Below are positions 47,318 through 55,366 of a DNA stretch of 63,974 nucleotides, piece after piece. The translations under genes and the position numbers were made by a program. The notes below the pieces were generated by a model that saw only the letters and a program-made list of their open reading frames with translations, was not told where the DNA came from and did not search any database. The stretch comes from a virus. Taxonomy: Duplodnaviria > Caudoviricetes. Position 1 is the first letter of the stretch. The number at the start of each line of letters is the position of its first letter. The DNA lies in IMG/VR virus record IMGVR_UViG_3300029319_000033, positions 1 to 63,974 of that record. The stretch is one strand, 5' to 3'.

Positions 47318-47529
47318 ACTAAAACCAAAAACCAATGAAACATAAAAAATCAAATATTTTTATAACTAATAGGGGTGTACTTGGGACATTTCTAAACGAT
47401 GGGTACTACTATGAAGTAGTAGGTGTGCAAACATACTACCCATACCCAAAACCATCTAAGCATCAAAACAAGTACAACTCAGAAATTAAATTTAAATATA
47501 GATAACTAAAACCAAAAACCAATGAAACA
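47317..47529 (+). repeat. 26-bp exact direct repeat (47317-47342 and 47504-47529) flanking a small gene
   Basis: AACTAAAACCAAAAACCAATGAAACA twice, each copy containing a start codon. Confidence 0.9.
47335..47505 (+). CDS. Micro-protein, 56 aa, paralog of 45602-45766
   Basis: KKSNIFIT..YEVVGVQT..IKF. Confidence 0.6.
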   Translation: MKHKKSNIFITNRGVLGTFLNDGYYYEVVGVQTYYPYPKPSKHQNKYNSEIKFKYR

Positions 47530-47725
47530 ATTAAACAAAGTAACTAAGAAAGAAGTCATGGCTGCAATACAGTATTTGCATACTGAGGGATTTATAGATA
47601 ATATGAGAAGTGATGAAGCGCACTACACTAAAATTTTACTTAGGAAAGTAGCTAATGACTTCAATGTAAGATTAGTGGTAAATGTTCCTCATAAAAAACA
47701 TAAAGGATTAACAATCCCCTTGTAA
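47522..47725 (+). CDS. Hypothetical protein, 67 aa
   Basis: Starts inside the repeated leader. Confidence 0.6.
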   Translation: MKQLNKVTKKEVMAAIQYLHTEGFIDNMRSDEAHYTKILLRKVANDFNVRLVVNVPHKKHKGLTIPL

Positions 47726-48312
47726 TGGAAATAAGTATAGATAGTTTATTAAAGAGTTGCCACAAGTGTGGAGACCTTTTAAGTGGCACTAAATCATTAA
47801 CCAATGGAGTAACCAATACTTTTAGAGAATTGTCTTTACAAGAAATTTTTGAAACAATGCATGGTTATTGTGGAGATACCGATTGGGACTATAGTGGAGA
47901 AATCATAAGACTAAAGACTAAATTTAAATTAGAAGGTATAGATGATCGTAGACCTTTCTGTTATAGATGTCTTAAAGAAGAAGATATTCACGAAGGTCCT
48001 CTTCATGAAGATCCTGAGGAGTATTTACTCTTTATTGAAAACGAAATTAAGGAAATTGAGACATTTAAATTATGTGATATAGATCCAATGAATATTAAAA
48101 AGTTGAGTGATTTAAAAGATATCAGGGATGAATTAAAAGTCATTGTATTTCCTGAAGTTCCATCTGTTACTGAGTATGGTATGTATTTAAGAGAAAAACA
48201 TGATGAAGTAAAGTATCAAGAGTTTTTATGTAAAGAAAAAGATGATGAACATAAATACAGAATGGAAGAAATTGAAAAGCTAATAGAAAATGAGGCTACT
48301 AAAAAATGTTAG
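47725..48312 (+). CDS. Zinc-binding hypothetical protein, 195 aa
   Basis: CHKC..CYRC. Confidence 0.6.
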   Translation: MEISIDSLLKSCHKCGDLLSGTKSLTNGVTNTFRELSLQEIFETMHGYCGDTDWDYSGEIIRLKTKFKLEGIDDRRPFCYRCLKEEDIHEGPLHEDPEEYLLFIENEIKEIETFKLCDIDPMNIKKLSDLKDIRDELKVIVFPEVPSVTEYGMYLREKHDEVKYQEFLCKEKDDEHKYRMEEIEKLIENEATKKC

Positions 48313-48378
48313 AAATCATAATAACACTAATATTATTTGCAGTTATATTTTTTGGAATATTTAAAATTATGAATGTAG

Positions 48379-48585
48379 ATGACTGACAGAAAAGCACCTA
48401 AATACACTGATTTATCAGATCTCCAAGAATCAACAAAAAGAGGGATACTGATTGATCATGGATATAGTTTTGTATTCTCCACCGACATGAGAGATTGGAT
48501 AATGCAAAAGAAAAGAAGACAAGAATTAGAATCACGAGAACGAATAAGAAATGGAAAAGAAAGAAGACCTTATAAAAAAAGATAA
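48379..48585 (+). CDS. Hypothetical protein, 68 aa
   Basis: ORF within the operon. Confidence 0.5.
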   Translation: MTDRKAPKYTDLSDLQESTKRGILIDHGYSFVFSTDMRDWIMQKKRRQELESRERIRNGKERRPYKKR

Positions 48586-48838
48586 ACAGAAATTTGAAAA
48601 TAACAAATGGGGTTTGTACGCTGAAATATTTACAGAACTCAGACACAAGAAGGATGAGGTCAATATGATTAAAGATCTACTTGAGAGACTATCTGAGAAC
48701 AAAGCAATAACAACCACAGATATTAACTTGATTAATAAAGTTATGAATGGTAGTTTAGCTTTAAGGTTGCAGAGGATCTCAACAAGTGATAGATATTTGA
48801 AAGCAATGAGTAAAAAACGTAAACAAAAACAACTATGA
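48551..48838 (+). CDS. Hypothetical protein, 95 aa
   Basis: ORF within the operon. Confidence 0.55.
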   Translation: MEKKEDLIKKDKQKFENNKWGLYAEIFTELRHKKDEVNMIKDLLERLSENKAITTTDINLINKVMNGSLALRLQRISTSDRYLKAMSKKRKQKQL

Positions 48839-49107
48839 GTGATTTTGTAATTTCTAGCGATGACTTAATCAATAAAGAAGACCCTGACATAAGGGATGCA
48901 ATAGCATGGTTTAGATTGCATGACGTGGAAGCATACACAGATGAGTATGGTGGATTCTACGTAGTAATATCTAGGGTGTTGCATGTGCAACTAAATGATG
49001 ATGACATACACGTATTGATATCTCCATCTGAAGTATCTTACAGAGCAGATTTATGGAGGGAGTTTAAAGGTAAGGATAAAAAATCTAGAAAAAATGGGAA
49101 AGTTTAA
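48835..49107 (+). CDS. Hypothetical protein, 90 aa
   Basis: ATGA-coupled ORF. Confidence 0.55.
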   Translation: MSDFVISSDDLINKEDPDIRDAIAWFRLHDVEAYTDEYGGFYVVISRVLHVQLNDDDIHVLISPSEVSYRADLWREFKGKDKKSRKNGKV

Positions 49108-49627
49108 AGATGATTTGAACATAGGTCAGAAGTATGAGGATATCATACTTAAGAGGGCAAAGAAAACTTATCCTCTAGCCTACATACAAAAGGGTAAGTT
49201 TAAGTATTGGGATATCAATATCCCAGAAGTAAATATATCTCTGGAGGTAAAGTATGATGAAAGGAATCAAACATCAGGCAACATACTTATAGAGTTTGAG
49301 TGTAATGATAAACCTTCAGGTATTACTACAAGTAAAGCAGACTTTTGGATCTTGTTTGATAAACCTGATGGAGACCCTATATGGTTTTTAACTGAAGGTA
49401 TTCGAAGGTGTATTTATGAAAATAGTTTTAAAACAAAAATAATTAAAGGGGATAAGGTAGGAGATCCGTATGATAAAAAAGTATACCTAATTAAAAAAGA
49501 GATATTATACAAATATAAAATGCCTAAGAATGCATGGATTGAAAAGGTAAAGCAGAACAACGGTACAACACCTTATGCTTCTTACGGATCTAAATCACCA
49601 AATCAAATACATGAGTTTTATGACTAA
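49094..49627 (+). CDS. PD-(D/E)XK family nuclease, 177 aa
   Basis: GQKYE..WDI..LEVKYD..SGNILIE..PSGITTSKADFW. Confidence 0.8.
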   Translation: MGKFKDDLNIGQKYEDIILKRAKKTYPLAYIQKGKFKYWDINIPEVNISLEVKYDERNQTSGNILIEFECNDKPSGITTSKADFWILFDKPDGDPIWFLTEGIRRCIYENSFKTKIIKGDKVGDPYDKKVYLIKKEILYKYKMPKNAWIEKVKQNNGTTPYASYGSKSPNQIHEFYD

Positions 49628-49791
49628 TAGAAACGTAATATTCTTGATCATACTAAATAAAGCACTTGACTTATCTTCACGTCTATTAAACAAGATCTTA
49701 AGGAGGAGATGGTTTAAGTTAGCTAACAAATTAGTTATTCTTAGGAAAAAGTATGTAATAAGTAATATGTTAAAACTAAACAAAAAAGAAA

Positions 49792-49929
49792 ATGATAAAA
49801 CCTGAATGGACTTTTATGCTTGATAAACAATTTATTGCATGGCAATGTGTGTGTGGTGGGCTAAACTCTATGTCAAGAGAAAAATGTGGTAAGTGTGGTA
49901 AAATTAAAGAAGTAAAAAAATATTATTAA
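49792..49929 (+). CDS. RanBP2-like zinc-finger micro-protein, 45 aa
   Basis: WQCVCGGLNSMSREKCGKCG; hand translated. Confidence 0.55.
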   Translation: MIKPEWTFMLDKQFIAWQCVCGGLNSMSREKCGKCGKIKEVKKYY

Positions 49930-49930
49930 T

Positions 49931-50104
49931 ATGGAAACACAATTATTTATATACGGAATATGTTTGATAGGTGTATTTAGTATGCTAAGTTTGCAATCTT
50001 ATAAAGAATGGTTAGACAAAAAAGATAACATAGTCAGCTTCATAATTTACATGATTATAAATATTATTACTATCGTAGCTTTCATAGCACAGTTTAGTAA
50101 TTAA
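49931..50104 (+). CDS. Small two-helix membrane protein, 57 aa
   Basis: Two hydrophobic stretches; hand translated. Confidence 0.45.
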   Translation: METQLFIYGICLIGVFSMLSLQSYKEWLDKKDNIVSFIIYMIINIITIVAFIAQFSN

Positions 50105-50189
50105 AGACACTACATAGTGTAGTTTTTTCATAGTGTTGTTTAGTTGAACAAGTGTTTGCAGATTCACTTTAAAAAAAAAATCTGCACAC

Positions 50190-50277
50190 TGTAAGGTGGT
50201 GGAACAGGAAGACACGCCATCCTATCTCGATGGTGACAATTTCGGTTGTCGTGGAGGTTCGAACCCTCCCCTTACAG
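50190..50277 (+). tRNA. Atypical tRNA: class II body, anticodon AUC (nominally Asp), no encoded CCA
   Basis: Acceptor TGTAAGG/CCTTACA, D-arm GTG..CAC, anticodon stem CCATC/GATGG with loop CTATCTC, variable arm GACAA/TTGTC, T-arm GGAGG-TTCGAAC-CCTCC, G73. Confidence 0.85.
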
Positions 50278-50310
50278 CTATTAAATTAAACCAAAAACCT
50301 GTAATTATAT

Positions 50311-50730
50311 ATGGAAGATCAAGATAGAATAAACTTCGTTTTAGACCACTACAAAACGGAGATATGTAAAGACCAAAGTTCATTTGGCAAATGCGATTTC
50401 CAAATCTATTCGGACTATACCTCCGATGGATACAAACTCACAGTCGCAAAATACAATGAAAATATTTTAAGTAAGGATGGAGGCATACCAACTATTCTTA
50501 AGGATCCGGAAGGATCTTCAGGTAAAGTATTCCTTAATGAGCATGTGTTTCACAACAATTACGATTTATCCTTAGTGTTTATTCAAGAACTCAGGAAGGG
50601 TGATCTATCAATTTATATTGATGAAGAGATATATGAGGATGCAATGATAGATAGCTATTTGGAGCAAGAGTATGAGCGTATTATAGAACTTCAAGAAAAA
50701 GATGATAAACTATATGATAATTTTATATGA
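50311..50730 (+). CDS. Acidic hypothetical protein, 139 aa
   Basis: ORF after the tRNA. Confidence 0.6.
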   Translation: MEDQDRINFVLDHYKTEICKDQSSFGKCDFQIYSDYTSDGYKLTVAKYNENILSKDGGIPTILKDPEGSSGKVFLNEHVFHNNYDLSLVFIQELRKGDLSIYIDEEIYEDAMIDSYLEQEYERIIELQEKDDKLYDNFI

Positions 50731-51020
50731 CTGATAAGGAAAAAAATGAGATTGCTGACATGGTAATAAGGAAGATGTTGGAAGCTAAAGCAAAGATGGA
50801 GGCTGACCTTTTTAACGTCAACGATGTACTATTTACTTTACTCAACGCAAGACTTACAGAAGAAGAATTGTTGGTGGGTGAACTAGCAAGGCTCATGACT
50901 TTATTAAACACATACGAGGATAAGGAAGAGTATGAGAAAGCAGCAATAATAAAAAATAAAATAGACAAAATTAATAATAAGTTAGATCAAATTGATAATC
51001 AAAAAAGAGGAGAATTATGA
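50727..51020 (+). CDS. UVR (UvrB/UvrC motif) domain protein, 97 aa
   Basis: EDKEEYEKAAIIKNKI. Confidence 0.7.
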   Translation: MTDKEKNEIADMVIRKMLEAKAKMEADLFNVNDVLFTLLNARLTEEELLVGELARLMTLLNTYEDKEEYEKAAIIKNKIDKINNKLDQIDNQKRGEL

Positions 51021-51352
51021 TTAAATTATTAGGTGCAATTTTGGTAACTGCAACAGTATATAATGCAGTGCCAGAGCAAACCGACTCAACACCATTCATC
51101 ACCGCATCAGGATCCATTATAAACCCTGATTGTCCGGAGGTACACCGTTGGGTTGCAGTATCACAAGATATGTTAAAAGAAGGTTGGGAGTTTGGTGAAT
51201 GTATAGAGGTAAGAGGTGCAGGGAATCTGGATGGTGTCTGGCAGATACAAGATGTAATGAATAGACGTTATAAAAAATCGATTGACTTTCTTGTAGAGAA
51301 TACGAGGAGATTGGGGAAATGGAGAGGTGTTAGAATTAAACTCGTTAGCTAA
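51017..51352 (+). CDS. 3D-domain (MltA-like) putative cell-wall enzyme, 111 aa
   Basis: TATVYNA..QTDSTPFITASG..VAVSQD..IQDVM..IDFL. Confidence 0.75.
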   Translation: MIKLLGAILVTATVYNAVPEQTDSTPFITASGSIINPDCPEVHRWVAVSQDMLKEGWEFGECIEVRGAGNLDGVWQIQDVMNRRYKKSIDFLVENTRRLGKWRGVRIKLVS

Positions 51353-52435
51353 ATGGAAACAGAAGAATTAAATAATTTCTTTTATTATTCTAATAGCTTA
51401 CCAAAAATTTTAAAAAAATTAAATGGTTCTTTAGTATTTAGTACCTATCAAGCAAATAGATTAATATTTTTAAGTTCTCCGGACGGTGAAAAACTAATTA
51501 AATATGCTAAAAGTTTTGATAAACCTATGGGTATTGCATTTGATGAAAAAAAATCAAAGATTGCATTAGCTAGTAAGACATGTATAGACGTTTTTACGAG
51601 TAGTGAAGCACTAGCAAAAAATTACCCTGAGAAAAAAAATAAATTCGATTATTTATTTATACCTCAAGTAAAATACCAAACCGGATATTTAGACACTCAT
51701 GAAATGGAGTATGGATCTGACGGTGAATTATATTTTGTTAACACTATGTTTTCTTGTATTAGCAAACTTAGTGCTGAAAAACATTTTGAATTTTATTGGA
51801 AACCATATTTTATAAAAGAGTTAACTCCTACAGATCAATGTCATTTAAATGGAATGGCAATGAAAGATGGTAAACCTTCCTATGTAACTATTTTTGAAAG
51901 AAAGACAAGTACATTTGGTTGGAAAAAATCAAAGGGAGATGGGGGATTATTGATGGATGTTAATTCTAATAAGGTAATTTTAGATAATTTACAGATGCCA
52001 CATTCTCCTGTTTATTTTGATAACAAAATTTATTTTTTATCCTCTGGTAGTGGAACAGTAAATTGTTATGATATCAAAACAAAAGAAACAAAATTAATTT
52101 GTAGAATGAATACATTTGTTAGGGGGTTACAAGTCATTGACGATTATTTAATCGTAGCCGCATCTAAAATGAGGGAAGGAATTAAAGAAACATTACAACA
52201 TTTAAATTACAAATCTAAAGATACTTATTGTGGTATTTATATTATTGATAGATTTAGTGGTAAAAAAATTGGTGGAATATCTTATGTTGATTTGGTATCA
52301 GAAATTTTTGACGTTAAATTATTAAACAATATAAAAGTACCAGCAATATTAAATGATAATGACACATTATCTGATAAAAATATTATGGCAGATCCAAATT
52401 TAAATTTTTGGATTAAGAAAAAGAACAAAGTGTAA
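51353..52435 (+). CDS. TIGR03032/DUF4915-family beta-propeller protein, 360 aa
   Basis: STYQANRL, FDKPMG, DTHE, FVNTMFSC, WKPYFI..DQCHLNGMA, MPHSP, FVRGL. Confidence 0.8.
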   Translation: METEELNNFFYYSNSLPKILKKLNGSLVFSTYQANRLIFLSSPDGEKLIKYAKSFDKPMGIAFDEKKSKIALASKTCIDVFTSSEALAKNYPEKKNKFDYLFIPQVKYQTGYLDTHEMEYGSDGELYFVNTMFSCISKLSAEKHFEFYWKPYFIKELTPTDQCHLNGMAMKDGKPSYVTIFERKTSTFGWKKSKGDGGLLMDVNSNKVILDNLQMPHSPVYFDNKIYFLSSGSGTVNCYDIKTKETKLICRMNTFVRGLQVIDDYLIVAASKMREGIKETLQHLNYKSKDTYCGIYIIDRFSGKKIGGISYVDLVSEIFDVKLLNNIKVPAILNDNDTLSDKNIMADPNLNFWIKKKNKV

Positions 52436-52479
52436 CATTAGGGTATAAGATATATAGAATAAGAGGCTAATGTTACATA
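52429..52479. promoter_or_regulatory. 51-bp operator/origin element, copy B, overlapping the start codon of the HTH gene
   Basis: Perfect arms TGTAACATTAG-N25-CTAATGTTACA; ATG 52470 lies inside the right arm. Confidence 0.8.
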
Positions 52480-53099
52480 AAACTTTAAATAGAAATTTAG
52501 ATTATTTGCATCGAAAAAGGTTTAAATATAAAAAAGAACCTACTACAGATGTTCCAACTAAAAAGTATTATTGGGGGTCTTATTATAAAAATGGTACATA
52601 TCAGGATTATAATTTATTTTATGGTAATGCTAAGATAACCACATTTAAAGCATTAGTATGGCATATTGAAGTTTTAAGGTATATAAATTTAGATTGGGAT
52701 AAAGATGACTTTAGGAAAATAATTTACTTTATAGCTGAAATTAAAAATGGTTTTGTTACCTTTGAAATTAACACAAGTTATTTAGATAGATATATAGACA
52801 ATGCGTTGTCTAATGATTTTTCTTACAAACCTATAAACAGAAAAAAAATAATAGTATTTAAAGATGGAACCGGTCTGTCTAGAAAAGAAAAATTAAAAAT
52901 AGTTGGTGAGGTAGTAGGTAGATCTAAGATTGTTGATAATGAAATCATTTATGAATGCATGTTAGAAATCAACAAAGACAAAAGAAAGATAACCATATCT
53001 AATATAGCTAAAATATTAAATTGTTCTAGAATGTCCATATACAGGAATATGGATACTGAGTTGAAGGTTGAGAGGGATATGCTTAATGAAAAAGTATAA
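52470..53099 (+). CDS. HTH DNA-binding protein (regulator or replication initiator), 209 aa
   Basis: C-terminal ITISNIAKILNCSRMSIYRNM helix-turn-helix. Confidence 0.7.
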   Translation: MLHKTLNRNLDYLHRKRFKYKKEPTTDVPTKKYYWGSYYKNGTYQDYNLFYGNAKITTFKALVWHIEVLRYINLDWDKDDFRKIIYFIAEIKNGFVTFEINTSYLDRYIDNALSNDFSYKPINRKKIIVFKDGTGLSRKEKLKIVGEVVGRSKIVDNEIIYECMLEINKDKRKITISNIAKILNCSRMSIYRNMDTELKVERDMLNEKV

Positions 53100-53844
53100 C
53101 GCAAATACATATAGAATATACAAAGAGGACTTAAGTAATAATGTTAGTAGAGTAGACTTTGAAAAGACATACGATGAACTTACAAAAGATGAATTGATAG
53201 TAAGGTTTTTACCTTTAGTTGAAAATATAGCGAAGAAATTTTCAACTGCATCTCAGGCTTCAGGTGTTATGGATATACTAGATCTTATACAGGAGGGTAG
53301 TGTAGGACTTATAAAAGCAATAGAAAGGATAGATTGGAACATATTTAATAAATCTAAGTATAAGGAAAATACCATGAGATCTTTTCTTACAAAAAGAATT
53401 AGAGGTGCAATAAGGAGGGCAATAGATATTAATAGAGCAGACATGAGGATCCCAGAGCATAAGTTGCAAGAGATCCGAAAGAACTTTGGTAAAGATGAGA
53501 AAATGGTGGCTATGTTTTTCAACTCCATATTTTTATCAGTTGATGAATATGAAGATAAAGAAGACATATCTTTAGAGGTAGAGGATAAATCAGAGCCAAA
53601 GAATATGGATTTGTTAAATGTTTACTTATCAGGTTTGTTAAGGAAGCATTTAAACAGTAAAGAATATCAAGTGTTGAGGTTGAGTTATGGTCTTGATTGT
53701 AATAAGCATTCAGCACAAGAGATAGCAGAGGCATTAAATTTGAAAGGATCTAGTGCTTATGTTAAAGTTTCTAAGTTAAAGAAACAAGCGGTTGAAAAGC
53801 TAATACAAAATGTAGATCCTTCACAAGTTCTAGATTACACTTGA
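53068..53844 (+). CDS. Sigma70-family RNA polymerase sigma factor, 258 aa
   Basis: Region 2 FLPLVENIAKKF..DLIQEGSVGLIKAI..IRGAIRRAI..RIPEH; region 4 LNSKEYQVLRLSYGL..QEIAEAL..AVEKL. Confidence 0.9.
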   Translation: MRGICLMKKYNANTYRIYKEDLSNNVSRVDFEKTYDELTKDELIVRFLPLVENIAKKFSTASQASGVMDILDLIQEGSVGLIKAIERIDWNIFNKSKYKENTMRSFLTKRIRGAIRRAIDINRADMRIPEHKLQEIRKNFGKDEKMVAMFFNSIFLSVDEYEDKEDISLEVEDKSEPKNMDLLNVYLSGLLRKHLNSKEYQVLRLSYGLDCNKHSAQEIAEALNLKGSSAYVKVSKLKKQAVEKLIQNVDPSQVLDYT

Positions 53845-53878
53845 TACTTTAACAATTGTTTAATTTAAATTTAATTTT

Positions 53879-54319
53879 ATGAATACCAGAAATAAAACCG
53901 ATATGTTAAATGACTTATACAAGAAGTATGAGTTACACAAGAGTGACACATTTAAGTCTCCACAAGGATGGACTATAATTACTCGTAGTGGAATTGATAA
54001 AATCCAAGCAGTAGCCAATATAGATATTGAATACGAAATGGTGGAGTATACACCTGCCGAATCAGCCGCTGTTAAAGCTACAGCTAATTGGAATGATAGG
54101 ACACTATCCACATTTGGTGAGGCTAATCCTAAAAACTGCAGACAAAGCTATGTACTTGCTATGGCAGAGAAGAGGGCAATGTCAAGGATAGTTTTAAAGT
54201 TGACCGGATTCTATGCACTAGGAGCATTTGGTGAGGATGAATCTGAAGATTTTAAGAAGCCAAGAGCAAATACAAATCACGTATCTAGGGTTGATGAACT
54301 AATTAAGTCTTCATTATAA
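53879..54319 (+). CDS. Putative single-strand annealing / recombination protein, 146 aa
   Basis: TFGEA..AMAEKRAMSRIVLKL..FGEDE; upstream of the RecE-like nuclease. Confidence 0.55.
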   Translation: MNTRNKTDMLNDLYKKYELHKSDTFKSPQGWTIITRSGIDKIQAVANIDIEYEMVEYTPAESAAVKATANWNDRTLSTFGEANPKNCRQSYVLAMAEKRAMSRIVLKLTGFYALGAFGEDESEDFKKPRANTNHVSRVDELIKSSL

Positions 54320-54320
54320 G

Positions 54321-55052
54321 ATGACTGAAAAGGATGTACTTGAAAAGCTCAAGGATGATGAGCATTACTATGGGGAGTTTGGTAAGAAATATCTTAGCAA
54401 CTCCGACATAGCAGTTCTACTTACAAATCCTATGGGTTTACACAAGTCATTTCAAAAGACTGTCCCACTTATTGTAGGTGGATATTTCCATACTGCAATA
54501 CTTGAGCCTGATAAGCTTAAGAAGTATAAGATAGTCAAGTCATCAACTAGGAACACCAAGATTTATAAGGAAACATCAGGGGGTGAAATATGCTTGTTGC
54601 AACATGAGGTTGATATGATTGAATTAATGACAGATAAAATTTTAACTAATGATGTCTGTAGAGGTTTGATCCAAGATCCTAGTAACGAGTATGAAGTCCC
54701 CGGTATTTCCAATATTGAAGGTCGTATGTGGAAAGGTAAAGCGGACATATTAAACTTAAATGAAAAATTAATTGTAGATCTTAAAACCACAAACGATATA
54801 AATAAGTTTGAATACTCTGCAAAGAAGTACAACTACGACAGTCAAGCGTACATATACAAGAAAATATTTGGTTACGACTTTTTGTTTTTAGTAATAGACA
54901 AGAACACTAATCAAATAGGTATCTATGATTGTTCTGATAATTTTTATAGGTCAGGACTTGATAAGGTACAAAGAGCGATTGAAGCCTATGAATTATTTTA
55001 TAATTCAGAAGACTTTGATCCAAGTCAATTTTTTATAAATAAAACTCTATAA
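54321..55052 (+). CDS. Exonuclease VIII (RecE)-like PD-(D/E)XK nuclease, 243 aa
   Basis: LSNSD, GGYFHTAILEP, KGKADI..IVDLKTT..YDSQAYIY. Confidence 0.85.
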   Translation: MTEKDVLEKLKDDEHYYGEFGKKYLSNSDIAVLLTNPMGLHKSFQKTVPLIVGGYFHTAILEPDKLKKYKIVKSSTRNTKIYKETSGGEICLLQHEVDMIELMTDKILTNDVCRGLIQDPSNEYEVPGISNIEGRMWKGKADILNLNEKLIVDLKTTNDINKFEYSAKKYNYDSQAYIYKKIFGYDFLFLVIDKNTNQIGIYDCSDNFYRSGLDKVQRAIEAYELFYNSEDFDPSQFFINKTL

Positions 55053-55054
55053 TT

Positions 55055-55363
55055 ATGGCAGGAATAATAACCGGTAGTATAAACCTAAGTAACATACCAA
55101 AAGATAAGATTATCGATGGTAAGAAAGGTAAATACTTACCCATATCAATATCAATAAATGATGAACTTGATCAATTCGGTAATCAAGGACCAATAATGGT
55201 TAGTCAAACCAAGGAAGAAAGGGAGTCGAAGACTGCTAAAACTTATCTTGGTAATGTTAAGGTTGTTTGGGGGAATGGTGTAATGCCTGACCCTGCACCA
55301 CGTGATGGTGAAAGACAAGCAAAACCTGAACCGATGGTTGAATCCAATGACTTACCATTTTAG
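55055..55363 (+). CDS. Single-stranded DNA-binding protein (probable), 102 aa
   Basis: Beta-rich core, acidic DLPF C-terminal tip; upstream of primase-helicase. Confidence 0.65.
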   Translation: MAGIITGSINLSNIPKDKIIDGKKGKYLPISISINDELDQFGNQGPIMVSQTKEERESKTAKTYLGNVKVVWGNGVMPDPAPRDGERQAKPEPMVESNDLPF

Positions 55364-55366
55364 ATT

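Noticed and set aside
47476-47507. Fourth early promoter copy (AACTCA..TTAAAT..AGATAA)
   Set aside because: The spacer is 4 nt shorter, the CC is missing and it lies inside a coding region.
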